From Torpedo marmorata (Eukaryota): a stretch of DNA of 64,000 bases. Numbering within the stretch: the first letter of the stretch is position 1; every line of letters begins with the position of its first letter. The position numbers and the translations under genes were made by a program. Positions 12,801-27,800 of the stretch are shown here, in pieces. Below the pieces are notes generated by a model. The model did not search any database and had not been told where the DNA came from. It saw nothing but the letters and a program-made list of their open reading frames with translations. Location: NCBI GenBank assembly GCA_977017645.1, contig OZ360247.1, positions 15,190,001 through 15,254,000 on the forward strand, given 5' to 3'.

Positions 12801-15800
12801 GGGTTAGAATTTCTTAACCACTACTACTTGTAATACAAAAGCTTTTCTGATTTTATTTTAACATTCCTGTTTATTTTAGAACAAATATTTTTACAATACT
12901 TTTGAATTTTGAATACTTTCAGGTGGCGCATCTTGTTACATTGTTACTCCACTCTGCCGCTTATAACCTGATTTCTATCTTCAATGTTACAGAATGTGAT
13001 AGAGCGTAACCCATATCCTGACGATGAAGACCTGGTCGAAGTCAAATTTGCCAAATCACCGATAATGTCCACATATTTGGTAGCATTTGTAGTCGGTGAA
13101 TATGACTTTGTGGAAACCAAGTCATCAGACGGCATTCTAGTTCGTGTCTACACGCCCATTGGAAAAGCGGATCAAGGAAAATTTGCTCTCGAGGTTGTTT
13201 TTGTTTTTTTATACTGTTAGCCCTTAAATGGAGAGGCAGAAGTTGCCTTTTTCTAAAATTCAAGGTCTCATAAATACATTCCATTTCCCCAAGTGAAGCT
13301 TAAATAATATTTGATTGCTCAGGAAGGTAGCTTTAGGTGGATTCCTTGTGTACTTCTGAATTTTAATTTTCAATTATTTACTGTTTTAATATCCTTTGGT
13401 TATTTAGTCATACACCTTGCTCTGTAATCCAGCTGCAAAGAGGAGTGGTTTAAGTTCTAGTTTGTGAATTTCCAGTAGCATGAGGCACAAATCAAGACTC
13501 CCAATTGCTTCATGCAGAGTGGAGATGCCGAAGGGCAAGACTAGTTGGGCTAACCTGTGCCCACCTTTGTAACAATAAGAATGGGGTAATTGGAAATTGG
13601 AGGTCAGTTGCACTTGGTAATTAATTGGGAAGAATCTAGAAAAGGCAAAATAATAGCCGGGTGAAGAGGGAAAATTTTCTAATCGCCTGTAATTGAGTGA
13701 TTTGTTTTTTATTAAAATAAATTAAATGCTATTGCACATGATATTTTAAACTTGTGTTTATTTGTTACAAAATACCTAGTACAGTGAGAAGGGTTTTTGT
13801 GAGCAGACTAACAGGTTATCTCTAACATTCATACAGTCATGTAAAGAGCACAATTTAGAGTATAGGATTGCAATGAAAATAAAGATCAATTTGCACCAAG
13901 CCAGGGTAGAATGATAGTACTGTCATGGAGTTTATTCAGGAGCCTGATGGCTGCGGGGAGAAAACTGGTTTTGAGCCTGTTGGTGCATGCTTTTACATGC
14001 TTAAGCCTTCTCCCCGATGGGAGAAGAGTGTGTGTCTGGGGTGTGATGGGTCATTCAGTGTGTTGGCGGCCTTTTCTAGGCAGTGGTAGATGCAGATGGA
14101 GCCTATGGAGGTGAGAGAAGTTTACATGATGTTCTGAGTTGCATTCACTACCTTCTGTAGATTCTGATCGAGAGCACAACAGCTCCCAAACCATGTTGTG
14201 ATGCATCCAACAAGTATGCTATCAATGATGCATGTGTAGAAGTTGTTGAGGTACAAGAGGGACACGCTGAACGTCAGTCTTCTGAGAAAGTAGAGGCTTT
14301 GGTGCACTTTCTTGACTGTCGCATCAACTTCATTGAGATTCAAAAAAATTTATTGTGAAACGTGTCTGAGATTGGCCATCATAGTAATTAATTTTAGATC
14401 GCTTGCTCCCCATTGAAAATAGCCTCACCACGCACAAGAATGTCCTGTGGCATCAAAATAATTGGATTCTGAAGCTTGAGATAAAGAATAATACTTGCCA
14501 TTTTTTTAACTCCTCTGAAATATCCACCAAACCTTTCTGAAAGTGCTTGCGTGTGTGCACCAGCATCAAGCAAAAATGTCATCTAGCCTGCTGTACTCAT
14601 TGTTCAAACCTTAAAAAGCATATTTACTATTTGAATGCAACTCTGGAGGATGGGTTTCTGGTCACTATTTATTAATATTCCAGTAAAAAGTCAAATCCTT
14701 CAGGAAGAAAAGGAAGGGACTGGTATGGTGTGCAAGGTTGAAATTGGAGAGAAAATTGACGTTCAAATTCTTATTCAAATACATACATGCATTACATGCT
14801 GAAGCATTTTGAATTGTGTGCTACTGTGTTCTGCATAAATCAAGTTTGTAACTACTGCTATTTTCCATATTGGCAACGACATTACTCATCCTCCTGCTAT
14901 AACTGCTGATTCATAGGGGCCAGGTTTCCCGGTTAAAAAAATAAAGGCTGTCTGGGACTCAAAGTAATCTTATGAAATGAATCGCAGGATAGTATCCACC
15001 AACCAAATTAGGTTTAAGTGTACTTTTTTTCCAGTAGAACTTTATTAAAATGAGCATTAGGACATTGTTTCCTTACAGAGCGATCAGGAAGAAGGAATGT
15101 CACTGGCCATTTATGTATTATTGTATTTTTTTAAAGAATGGTCATTTCCCTCTCTAGCTCGAGTATTATGCATTTCAATTCTTTTTTACTGTAGTGAAAC
15201 CTAAAGGGAGTTGTAGCCTTGTTTTCTGTATTTGCGGAATGAAACTGGACAACTGAAGTTCTAATTACTGCGTAATAAAATCACGTTTTTTTTTTCTCTC
15301 TCCCCGTTAGGTTGCTGCCAAGACACTACCATTTTATAAAGAATATTTCAACATTCCATATCCTCTACCAAAAATTGATTTGATAGCCATTGCGGACTTT
15401 GCTGCAGGTTGTTATCTTGAATTATACAACAGTTGTTGAGTTTCTGATCAAGATTTAGCAGAAGTGATTTGAGATGTTATGAGACGCATGATTAAAGTGC
15501 AGTTTTCATGCCAAGCTGATGGTCACCTGATTATTTTAGTTCTTTAATTGCCAAGTAATTTATATTTTTTGGAAAACTTGCAATAATCGAGGATGTTTAA
15601 AAATTGTGTGTTGTTAAAATCCCTACATTACTGTTTTGACATTGCCTCTGCTTGTTACCTTTTCTCCTTCCCACAACACCATTCAGCTTGGTAACTGCCA
15701 GTACTGCTGTTGCCTACTGATAAATGATCTATGCTTGTCAGAGTTGATTTTTTTTTGTATTGCATTTATATGGGGTCATGGGCTCCTGGACCAGAAGGGC

Positions 15801-18800
15801 CTGTCACCGTGCTGGATGTCTAAATTTAATGCTAGACTACTCCCTCCCAGAAACAATGCATCCGAATTTCCAAAAAGGAAAAATGTTGTGGCCTCAATTC
15901 ACCACCTCTTTGATAGTATGCTTGGCATGGGAAGCCCATTTGCTATTAGTCTGATCCCAGAAATTTCTTATCAGATTATAAGGAATAGAAGCTGGGTAGG
16001 CTATCAACCTATGAACCTACTCTAAAAATCAGCAAGGTTGTGGCTGACCTTAAATGCTGGAGAATTCAAATATATTGTCATGCTGAAATTTAACGTGTGA
16101 CTTTTTATTCACAGGTGCCATGGAAAATTGGGGTCTTGTAACCTACAGGTATTTTACATTTACTTACTTTAATGCTGTAATTTTCCCCACTGGGGGTTGG
16201 TCTGTTAGTGGATGTTTGGTATAATGCAAAATTGTTGGATCTGCCCTCAAAATTAAAAATCTGGATAGATCTCGTCTCAGATGAGAGAGAGCATCCTTCA
16301 GCTGAGCAAATGCTCTACTCCAATTCCAATTGACATATTGGCACCAAAGCCATTTTCTTTGGGAAGGTACCGGTAAGTTCCTGGGCTTTTGTTGGATAAT
16401 TGATCCAAACTGAATTAAGATGTAGTTTCAAAGACTCAGAGTAAGAGGGAGCAGATAGATCCCGAGTACATTGCACACTCAGGCTCTTTAGAGGGCCTAT
16501 GCTATTGTTCAAAGACCCTCTGCCAACTTTTAAATTTGTTCCAGACCAATAAGATGATGGAAACACTATTCAGGTCAGGGATGCTGCCCAATACTTATTT
16601 AACACTGGTAAATGTGTATGTCATTCATACTGGACAAAAGATGGAAATTATTGTTGGACATTTATTCAGAGTTTTGATTTGTTCATTTACAGGATGTGTA
16701 TTGTTGGCCAGACCAGCATTTATTGTCAATCTGTAGTTTGCCTTTGTAAAGGTGATGGTAAGCTGCCATATTAAACCAATTTATTTTTGCACATTGAAGG
16801 TGCTGTCTCTCCAAGTCAGGATAGTGTGATGATGCTGGTATTTGTCATTCTAGTTTTGAGGCATTGTTTTAGGGTTTTCCAATCAAGACATTGAATATGG
16901 GTGTCATAGCAGAGACAGTCAGATTCATAACTCTTGCTGTGGTGGGTAATTTTGTATCTTCTGGGGTGAATCAATTCACTGAAAATTAGCTTCTGTGATG
17001 GCCTTCCCCATTGATAAATATATCAGGGCTGGACATTTCTTATTTGAGATGATTGCAAGCACTTCAACTGTGTTTCTGGACTCTCATGCTAGGTCTGTCA
17101 TTCTTGATTATGGGCACAATGTTGAAGGCTGAAATGTTGTTCTTTTTAATTACATTTGTTGCTGCTTCTGCCTTGCTCTCCTATACTCATTAAAGCAGAG
17201 TTGATCCCCAGCATGAGAGGGCCATGTTCTCAGTCCTGAGAATATTTATTTTGGTGGAATATAATTTTGTTGCTGATGAGTCAGTGTCTCATGGATGCTT
17301 CATTTTGAACTGCTAGATCATTTCTAAATCCAACATATTTAGGGGCGGCACGGTTAGCGCAACGCTGTTACAACGCCAGGGATCGGTACCAGGGTTCGAA
17401 TCCAACGCTGTCTGTAAGGAGTTTGTACGTTCTCCCCGTGTCTGCATGGGTTTCCTCTGAGGGGGGCTCCGGTTTCCTTCCACCGTTCAAAGATGTACCA
17501 GAGGTTGTTGGTCAATTGGGTGTAATTGGGCGGCGTGGGCCGCAATGGCCTGTTACCCTGCTGTATGTCTAAATTTAAAATTAAAAAAAAATTAAACATG
17601 ATGGCACCAAACAGCTTGATAATATCCTCGATGTGATAAAAGGTACTTTATGTCCAAAGAAACTGTGAAACTGATGTTGGCAGTTGCATCTCCATGATGT
17701 AAATTGGCGAGGATAGGTTAAATAGCTTTACTTATTTTATAAACCATCTGCCAGAGACCTTTCTGACATCTGTCCTTCAGGATTCAGCCAGATTGGTCAG
17801 TAGTGTTGTTACACCAATCTTTGTAGCATTCTGTGTGCTTCTCCCAACATGGTGGTCAATTTAGAAGAGTAATGATTCATCTGCTGAGCCGGCACTATAG
17901 ATCACTTTCCTCTGTGTAACCCAATGCCATGAAACTTAATGGAGTTGGGAACACATGCTGACAATTCCAAGGGCCATTCCTTCCTGACTGTAATCTGTCC
18001 TTTTGCAATCTTCAATGGTTCTGATCTGCTGGTAGGATGAGATTTTATCAGAGATCGTGAGGGATGTGTCAGGTATATTGGTTGAAAAGAAGATTATGCA
18101 AGGATGGTTATGTTGGGCCGTTCCTTAAGATCATGATTGATGTTTATCAGGAAGGTTATGGTCAATCCAGTTTTATATTTTGAAATACAAGAAAATACCA
18201 TGGAATTAAGTAGATAGATCAACATCTGCGCTCCTGAGCATTTGTTCAGAGAAATCTCCAGATATGCAAGCATAAGTTGACTGGAATGTCCATAAACATT
18301 GGTGGAGAGGGGGGGGGGGGTTGCGGTTGGGAAAAACCATCTATTATCAAAAATGCGTACATTATTAGAACTCTGGTGTTGGAAAGCACTAATTTATGCT
18401 GTGTTACAGTTTTGTGACAGCACTGGTCCTTGCTGACTTGTGAGTAGAGAATGTCACCCAATTCTAAATATTTTTTACACCCTCTATTCTATGATCTGAA
18501 GTGTTCTTTCTTAACCATCCTATATTCATTGGAAAGAATCTGCCACAATTTCATAAACCTTCATTATTTTTGGAATTGATCTACTGATCAGTAAACTCCT
18601 GCAGTCCTTCATCTGGTGTAACACTATTTCCTCCTAGCAAAAAAATTGACTTTCATTCACAAGTATCACTTGCATATGCTGTGCTAAAAATGACCATCAA
18701 AGTGATGTTCATGTCAAGCTGCAGTGAAGAATTGCCTTTCCCTTTTTCCATTTTCTAATAAATTCTTCAGAAGGCAAAATGACATATTGGCCTTTTTGTC

Positions 18801-21800
18801 AAGGCAGTTGTAGTTTAGAAATAGAAAAGAATTGTTACAATTGTGCAGGGTTCTTGTGAAACCGCACCTGGAAATCTGTGTACAGTTTTGATTCCATAAT
18901 TAAGAAAGGATATATCAGCTTTGGACACAGTCCAGAAAAGATTCACGAGGCTAATTCCTGGAATAAGAGGGCTGGCCTTTTAGAAACAGCTGAAATGTTA
19001 GATCTGCATTCTTTGGAGTTTAGATGAATTATGGATGATGGTATTGAAGTGTATAAAATCTGAAGGGATTATGACAGAATAGATGGTGAGATGATTCTAT
19101 TCATGGGAGGGCCTTGAACAAAGGTACGTAGAAATCAATTCTTCCATAGGATGATGAATTTCTTGAATTCTCTACCCTGGAGGACTGTCGAGTCGAGACA
19201 TTGGAGGTATTTAAAAAGGAGGAGAATACCATTTCAAAAATCAAGGAATTGTGGACTATAAGCACAGAAGAGGAGTTGAGGCTTAGGGTAGATCAATTAT
19301 TATATTGAGCGGAGGAACAGGGGCAAGGTCTCCTACTGCTGCTCCTAATTACTGTTCTCCATGATTTCTTTATTTTCAGATGTTTTATCTGTTCTGAAGA
19401 CAGTGACTATATGTAACTTTTTTCATGGGGATACAGCTGTACATTTCCGTAGACCATCGAGTGATGAGAAGGGGGGAGTCGGACTTCCAAGTAACTGCGA
19501 TGCATTTTTTTGCTACGGACAGAGCAACTTTTACAAATTGAATTTGGAATTTAGATAATCTGTTGCTTATGTCCATGAGGTTTCCTAAAAGATACAACTC
19601 CGGGTCTAGTGGAAAGGCTACTCCCGTAATCCAAGTTAGTACGTTAGCTAAATCATGCCAAAGGGGCCTTACCTTTGCACATGACCAGGTGGAGTGTAAA
19701 AAGGATCCAATTTCTATCCCACACCTGAAACACATTTCTGATATTTCTGGTTTTGACTTGTGTAATTTTTGTGGTGTGAGATACAATTGGTGTAGGAAAT
19801 TATATTGAACCAGTCTATATTTGGCATTAATGACTGCTGTCATGCTGTCTAAACACCAGTCAGCATCGTTCGTGAATTGTTATGCCCAAGTCCGACTCCC
19901 ACCTCTCCCTCGATCTTTGTAGGCCCGGCTTAGGGCTTTCGCTTTGGAGTACAAAACAACCAGTAATCCATCTTGATGTGAATCTTGACCTTCAATGAAA
20001 TATAAATAATTGATCATGGACCTGACAGTCCAGGGTAGAGCAGCAGGCTGCTGTCAAGAATTTCCATCCTATTTGCTGAGCTGGGTTTAGCATCCATACT
20101 TGGGCTCCAGCTGACGTTATCTGATCTTTGCATTTGCGAGTGAGTTACTTGTCTTTAATGGACTAACTTGTATCTGTGCTTGTATTTGTATATTTTGTTA
20201 TTGGTGAAGTTAAATTGGAGGGTTATAATCTCTGGATAACTTAAATGTAGAGTCCAAAATGTGTATTTTGGTGTTGAAATTTGCTTGTCACCAAATCTCT
20301 CTGTATAGAAGATTTTCAGTTGCCATGGTAGAATGCAGTATTGGATCAATATTGAAGTTAGAGTGAGAATACACATTACAAGGTTCATCACAACCTACAG
20401 ACTGTTAGCTCCAAAGGGTGAAATACACAAAAGTGTTGGTGAAACCCAGCAGGTCATGCAGCATCCATAGGAAGTAAAAGGCAATCAACATGTCAGGACT
20501 GAGTTTCCTGAGGAAGGGCCCAGGCCAAAATGTTGATTGCCTTTCACTTCCTGTGGATGCTGCGTGGCCTGCTGAGTTTCTCCAGCACTTTCGTGTATTG
20601 CACTAGACCAAGCATTTGCAGATTTTCTTGTTTAACTCCATTTGACGCCAAAGAGTCTTGTGCTAAGAAACTGAGCCAAAACATACTTGTGAACTGCTCA
20701 TACAAATTAACATTTCCCATCAATTTCTTTTCAAGTTTATCTATCTTAAAATTGTCTAAGATTTAAGGTCATACCTTTCTGGCAAATTCCCATTATTTCT
20801 CTTTATATTTCCTAGCATGTGGTTACTGTTATGATTCTGATGCATAGGAATGTGATTTAGTCTGCCCTCTGAAATAGTCCAGCAAACTTTTAATTGGACA
20901 CAATCGTGGGCAATAAATACCAGTCTACTCTTTGACCCTTAAATCTCACAAACAAAACATAAAATTATTATTTATCTATTGAGATGCAATCCTTGTTTAA
21001 TGAAATGTATCACTATTCTTTTCTCCAGAGAAACGGCCCTCTTGATTGATCCAAAAAATTCCTGCTCATCATCAAAACAGTGGGTTGCTTTGGTAGTCGG
21101 CCATGAGCTTGCTCATCAGTGGTTTGGAAACCTCGTCACTATGGTAATATTCTAATCTTTGGAAAATAGAGTGGATTTGTGAAAACTCAGCTGCTTCTGC
21201 TTTAAACGAGAGATTTGTCTCTCGGCAAAGGCTTGCTTGCATCTTAGAATTTCAGTGTACCAGTGAATCATTGCTTTTAAAATCGGTCGTGATTCAATCT
21301 TAAAAGATAATGGGAGTTGGAGAAGGTGGATTAAATAAGCCACTTCAGCTCTCAATAGATTTTGATGCTTGATTCTAACAATGTTTATTTACTTTGTATT
21401 CAGCAGTATTTGCATTCCTATTTGTATATAAAATGCGATTTTTTTTTTGGGGGGGTTTTTTGCTGTAACATTTTAACTAAATTTGGAACTGGAACTGTTT
21501 AATTTAAATAATTTGCTCCACCCAGGTATGGACCAGAGTAGGTAAGCAGTTGTCCTTACGAATTTTCTTCAGGTAGATATTGTAATTTGTGATTTATTTT
21601 CTTGGGGTATATATTACAATTTGTAGCTGTACCTGAACTCCTGAGATCAACTATTTCCAAAGCTGCCATGTTAATGTCAGCCAGGATCATACAAGGGAAA
21701 CTGTGTTTTGGTGTATATTTTTTGACAACTTTTGATCAATCTGCACATATGGAACAAGAACACATTTATCATTTACGTGATGGTGAGCTGGTCCTTGATA

Positions 21801-24800
21801 GGGAACTCTTCTGTTTGCATTCTAACCAGCATACTTTCTACATGTGAACCGGTAGATCTTATTTGTTGACTCAAAGAACAAAATCTCTGCCAGTATGTGA
21901 ATGTAAACAGGAGTTAAACACGAACGTCTGCAGACACTGTGATTGAAGTAAAAACACAATGCTGGAGAAACTCAGCAGGTCAAACAGTGTACTTTATAAA
22001 GCAAAGATACAGATATATAACCAACGTTTTGGGCTTGAGACCTTCATCAAGGTATGAGCAAAATGTAGGCAGCCACCCGAACAAAATGGTGGGAGGGGCA
22101 ACTGTTCGAGCGACTGCCTACATTTTGCTCATACCTTGATATAGGGCTCAAGCCTGAAACTTTGGTTATGTATCTTTATCTTTGTTATATAAAGTACACT
22201 GTTTGACCTGCTGATTTTCTGCAGCTTTGTGTTTTTACAATCCATGTGAGCACCAGTTATGCACTTTGGATTGAAGTGCTGGCTGTTTGGGTTACAGCTG
22301 AGCCAATTTCCCTGTCAGGTCACATCTGGAAAGAGAAACCGAATTTGTTTCAGGTTAAATACCCTTCGTCAATTCGCATTGCCTTGTCAGTGCAATTTTT
22401 TTAGGTCAAGCAAAAGTAGCCTCGTTGGGATGATTGCTGAGTTAGCAATCTAATCAGATTGTTCTGCAATATTTATAGTGGTGTAAATTTACTATACAAA
22501 TCCAAGCACTGGTATGTATGGGAGTTGGTCATGGACATGAATACAATGTACAAATGCACCAAAATCCTTCCTTGCTGCAGCCACACTTGTTTAAGATTCA
22601 CCAACAGTTGCATAACTTGTCACAATATGGCATGAGACAGAAAAAGAAATAATAAATATAAAAGGATAGATGAATATTCACAATATAAAAGGGTAGATAA
22701 ATAGGATGTTTACAGCAATCTATTGAAGTTTCCTTTGAAGGCTTGTCAGCATGTTTATTGTAGCCAAGTAGTCTACTGCCACTATCCAGCTTGATTGCAC
22801 TTCATAGTCAAGTGGCTAGTGGCCAGCATGAAAATCCCATTGTTACACTGGTGTTTGTCCCCTCTGAAAATGCATGGAAAAGCAAACATGGGGTACTGTA
22901 GAATAACTTGATATGTATGTAAAATCGAAACAAGGAGAGATTATATCCGAATTAAATAGATTCGAGCTGCATCCTGATTGGCAATGATGAAACTGACCTT
23001 TTGATTTACTTCCTTTTTCTTTTATATAAAAAAAACCTAACATTTCCTTCAAAACTGAGAAACTATTAATGATTTTTAGGGAAGTCCATTTTTAATCCAT
23101 CGTAGGAACACTATTTAACTGCAGTCAGAGTCTAGTCAACATGTTTGTGGGTTGATTAATTCAGCTTCATTAAAATTTCAACCCAAAACGCAGCTTCTCC
23201 TGATTTGTATATTTAAAAAATCTTGTACTGATAATACCTGGTCTTTATTCATGCTTGATCATTTGTAATTTAGGGTGCCTTTGTAGGTTTAAGCTATAGC
23301 TACACAAATCTCCAGCTCAGTTTTTTGTAGGGCCAGCACTGGGTGGGCTGATGGTATAAGAACAGAAGATGTCTATTGGATCCACTGCAATTCGCCTTCT
23401 GTCACAATCGCTCTACAGCAGATGCAATATCACTGGCTCTCCACTCAGCTCTGGATCACCAAGACTATAGCAACACATCTGGATCCTTGACTTCCTCATC
23501 GGAAGACCACCGACAGTACGAATCGGAAACATCGTCTCTTCCTCACTAATGACCAACACAGGTGAACCTCAAAGATACATGCTTAGCCCACTGCTCTACT
23601 TGCTTTACATCCATGACTGTGTGGTGAGGCACAATTCAAATGCCGTCTACAAATTTGCCGATAATACTACTGTCATTGGTAGAATCACAGACGGCAATGA
23701 GTTGTACAGGAGGGAGATAACTCAGCTAGTCAAGAGGTGTCACAACAACAACTTTGCACTCAGCGTTGGCAAAACCAAGAAGTTAATTGTGGACTTCAGG
23801 AAGGGGAAATCAGGAGAATACGAACCAGACCTCATCGAGGGGTCAGCAGTGGAATGGGTTAAGAACTTCAAGTTCCTGGGTGTCAACATCTCTGAAGATC
23901 TGTCCTGGGGTCTCCATGTTGATGCAATCATAAAGAAGGCTCACCAACGGTTGTACTTCGTGAGGAGTTTGTGGAAATTTGGTATGTCACCAAAGACTCT
24001 TCCAAATTTCTACAAGTGTACCATGGAGAGCATTCTAACTGGTTGCATCACTTTCTGGTATGGAGGTGCCAATGCACAGGACAAGAAAAGACTACAGAGA
24101 GTTGTAAACTAGGCCAGTGCCATCACGGGCATCAGTCACCACTCCAGTGAGGACATTTACAAGAGGCGATGTCTTAAGAAAGCAGCCTCTATCCTCAAGG
24201 ACCCCCACCACCCAGGCCATGCCCTCTTCACACTGCTACCATCAGGAAGGAGGTACAGGAGCCTGAAGACAAGCGCCCAGCGACACAAGGACAGCTTCTT
24301 CCCCTCGGCCATCAGATTTCTGAATGGATAATGAACCATGGACACTACTTCACTTTCTCTTACTTTGCATTAATTAATTTATTTTTTTGTAATTTATAGC
24401 AATATTTGCACTATAATGCTGCCACAAAACAATGAATTTTGTGACATGTTCATGACAATAAATTCTGACTCTGAATATCATGGTCTATTGAGCCCCTCCA
24501 GCATGATCATTCAACAAGACTATGATTTTCGACCTTGAACACCTTTTTTCGGTATTTTCCCCATTTCCTTCAATTCATTTAACACCCACAAATCTATCAT
24601 TTGAGTAGAGTTAATGACAAAGCCTCCACAGCCCTCTGGTTTAAAGAATTCCAATGATTTGCCACCATTTCAGTGAAGAAATGTCATCTCATTTCATTTC
24701 TAAACAGTTGATCCATTGTCCATGGCTTCAAGTATTGCAAGGTTAAGGCCATTTGTAAATTGGAAGAACACTACATTTCATCTCAGCAGTCTCCAACCAG

Positions 24801-27800
24801 ATCAATATCTAATTCCCCAATTTCTGGTAACCTTTCTCCCCCCCTCTAGCTTTCCCTCATCCTTCTGCCTTGAGCTCCTTGCCCCTTCCTCCTATCAGAG
24901 AGCATCTTTTCCAGCCCCTATCACCTCTCAGCTACTTTCTTCTTCCCCCTCCAACCTGTATGCACCTATCACCTCCTTGCCTATGCTCCTCCCCTTCTCT
25001 CACCCAACCCCCCCCCACCCCCATCTTATTTTGGCAGCAGCCTGATTTTTAGCAACCCTGAAGGAGGACTCTGGCCTGAAACATCAATGGCCTATTACTT
25101 TCCATGGATGCTGCATGACGCTAGTTCCTCCATCACTTTTGTGTACTGAGGAGAGCATAATGTATTGGAGCAGGATTTTATCCTCGCACTGGAACCTAAA
25201 GATACTCTTTTATCTTTTTAATCAGTGTCTGGAGGCTCATCAAACTGAGAACTGGGCAGTTTTCCTTTGGGAGTCTACTTTAAGAGAAGGCCAGGGTATA
25301 TTTACTTTTGATACTTCAGATGGATGTATAACATCAAAAGGAAGTAATTTTGTTTAATTCTAACCATTTGAAAATAAACATGAAAAAAGGTAATGTATGT
25401 TGTCAGTGAGGAAGCCTTTTTAGAATGTATGCAGCTCTGAAAAATGTAATTGTGAAATAAGGTAGAGATGTGAGAGTGCATCAACAATTGGGAATTCATA
25501 ATCTCAACATTGTGTTCAAATCAAGAATAAGCACAGATAATAATCATCAATGGGAATTGTCCTTTACCATGTGGTAACTGTCAATGGGATGGAAGGAAAT
25601 AGAGCCCACAATTAACTGTAGAGAAAAGTAAAAACAGCAGGTTTCTAGGTCATCATTGGGAAATCCACAAATGCATTGCATATGGTGTGAAATGAATATG
25701 CATGACATGGCCAATAAATATTGGTTTACTAGATTTGTTCTTTCTACCTCAAGCAAACAACTATTGGTCTGAAACACTCATCCATAGATTATAGCAAGCA
25801 AGATTTATGGACTGTGAATTTCCCTGCAGGGTAAAACAGCATTCAGGCTTGGATAATTGTGCTCGGCTGCTGTCTCTGACAGATATGTTTTCTATGTTTT
25901 GAGTGTATGGAAAGTTTTCAGTGATCTTCAGAAACAGTCTGCAAGATTCCAAGTTTTTGCTTCAGTTTGAGTTTGTAGTCAAGTCACCTTTATTTGTCGT
26001 TCATTACCATATACACAGTAAGACGAGATAGCGTTTCTCCAGGAACATGGGCAAATGTACAGAAATATCGTAATACAATAAAAAAAAAACTATAACATGC
26101 TAATACACATATATATCTAAACATTGAGGAGCCTGATGGCTTGGTGGAGAAAACTTGCACAATCTGGGCGTACGAGCCCGAATGCTTCGGTACCTCCTTC
26201 CAGGTGGCAAAAGGGAAAAAAATGTACAAAAAGTGTGTGAGAAGTCCTTCACAATGTTATTAGCCTTCCTCATGCATCATGTTGTAGATGTCCGTCATGG
26301 TGGGAAGAGCGACACCAATAATTTTCTCCGCTGACCCCACTATCCTCTGCATGGTCTTTCGGTCCGAGATGGTACAGTTTCCAAACCAAGCGGTGATGCA
26401 ATTGCTCAGAATATTCTCAATACATCCCCTGTAGAATGTAGTAAGGATAAGGGGTGGGAGATGAACTTTCCTCAGCCTTCGCAGGAAGTAAAGGCGCTGC
26501 TGGGCTCTTTTGGCTATGGAACTGGTGTTGAGGGACCAGCTGAGATTCTCCGCCAAGTGCACTCCAAGAAACTTGGTACTCTTGACGACCTCAACGGTAG
26601 AGCCGTCAATGGAGAATGATCCCCCGGGCCCTCCTGAAGTTGACAACCAACTCTTTCGTTTTATTTACATTCAGATGCAGGTTGTTGGCTCCGCACCATT
26701 CCATTAGCGACTGCACCTCATCTCTGTATGCTGACTCATCGTTCTTGCTGATAAGGCCCACCACAGTCGTATCATCAGCGAACTTGATGATGTGATTCAA
26801 GCTGTGTTTTGCTGCACAGTCATGAGTCAGCAGAGTGAACAGCAATGGACTAAGCACACAGCCCTGGGGAGCCCCCATGCTCAATGTAATGGCCTTAGAA
26901 GTGCTGTTTCCAATCTGGACTGCCTGAGCTCTTCCCGTCAGGAAGTCTAGAATCCAATTACAGAGGGTGTTGTTTAGGCCCAGCCCGCTCAACTTCCCTA
27001 TCAGGTACTGAGGTATGATCATGTTGAATGCCGAGCTGAAATCAATAAACAGCATTCGAACATACGCGTCCTTATTTTCCAGGTGGGTGAGGGCTAGATG
27101 GAGGGTGGTAATGATGGCATCATCCGTAGAGCGGTTTGATCTATATGCGAACTGCAGGGGGTCCAGTGAGGGGGGCAGCAGAAGCTTGATGTACCCCATG
27201 ACGAGCCTCTCGAAGCACTTCATGACAGTAGATGTGAGTGCAACAGGGCGGTAGTCATTGAGGCAGGACACCGTCGACTTCTTCGGCACGGGGACGATGG
27301 TAGCAGCTTTGAAGCACGTTGGAACCACGGCACTGCTCAGGGAGATGTTAAAGATGTCGGTGAGAACATCTGCCAGCTGGGCCGCACATCCCCTGAGCAC
27401 TCTGCCGGGAATGTTATCTGGACCAGCAGCTTTCCGTGGGTTAACCTTGCTTAACTCTTTCCTCGAGTTGGCCACTAAAACACAGCACCTGATCATTTGG
27501 AGGAGGGGTGGTCTTCTTTGCCGCTACATCATTTTTCGCCTCAAAACGCGCGTAGAAGTTCAGTGCATTTGGGAGGGAGGCATCACCAGCACAGTCAGAT
27601 GGTGTGGTCTTGTGATTGGTGATATCTTGAATGCCCTTCCACATGCGTCGCGTGTCCTTGCTGTCCTGAAAGTGACTCTGAATTCGCTGGGCATGTGCAC
27701 GCTTTGCCTCCCTTATGGCCTTAGACAGCTTGGTTCTCGCAATAGCTAGGGTTACCTTATCGCCTGCACCGAAGGCAGAGTTTCGGCTCCTCAGCAGCAC

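Noticed and set aside
21511-21547. 16-nt micro-exon or recursive site (ccacccag|gtatgg...tag|gtaagc)
   Set aside because: Frame-breaking, weak pyrimidine tract, and expected by chance; unsupported without RNA data.
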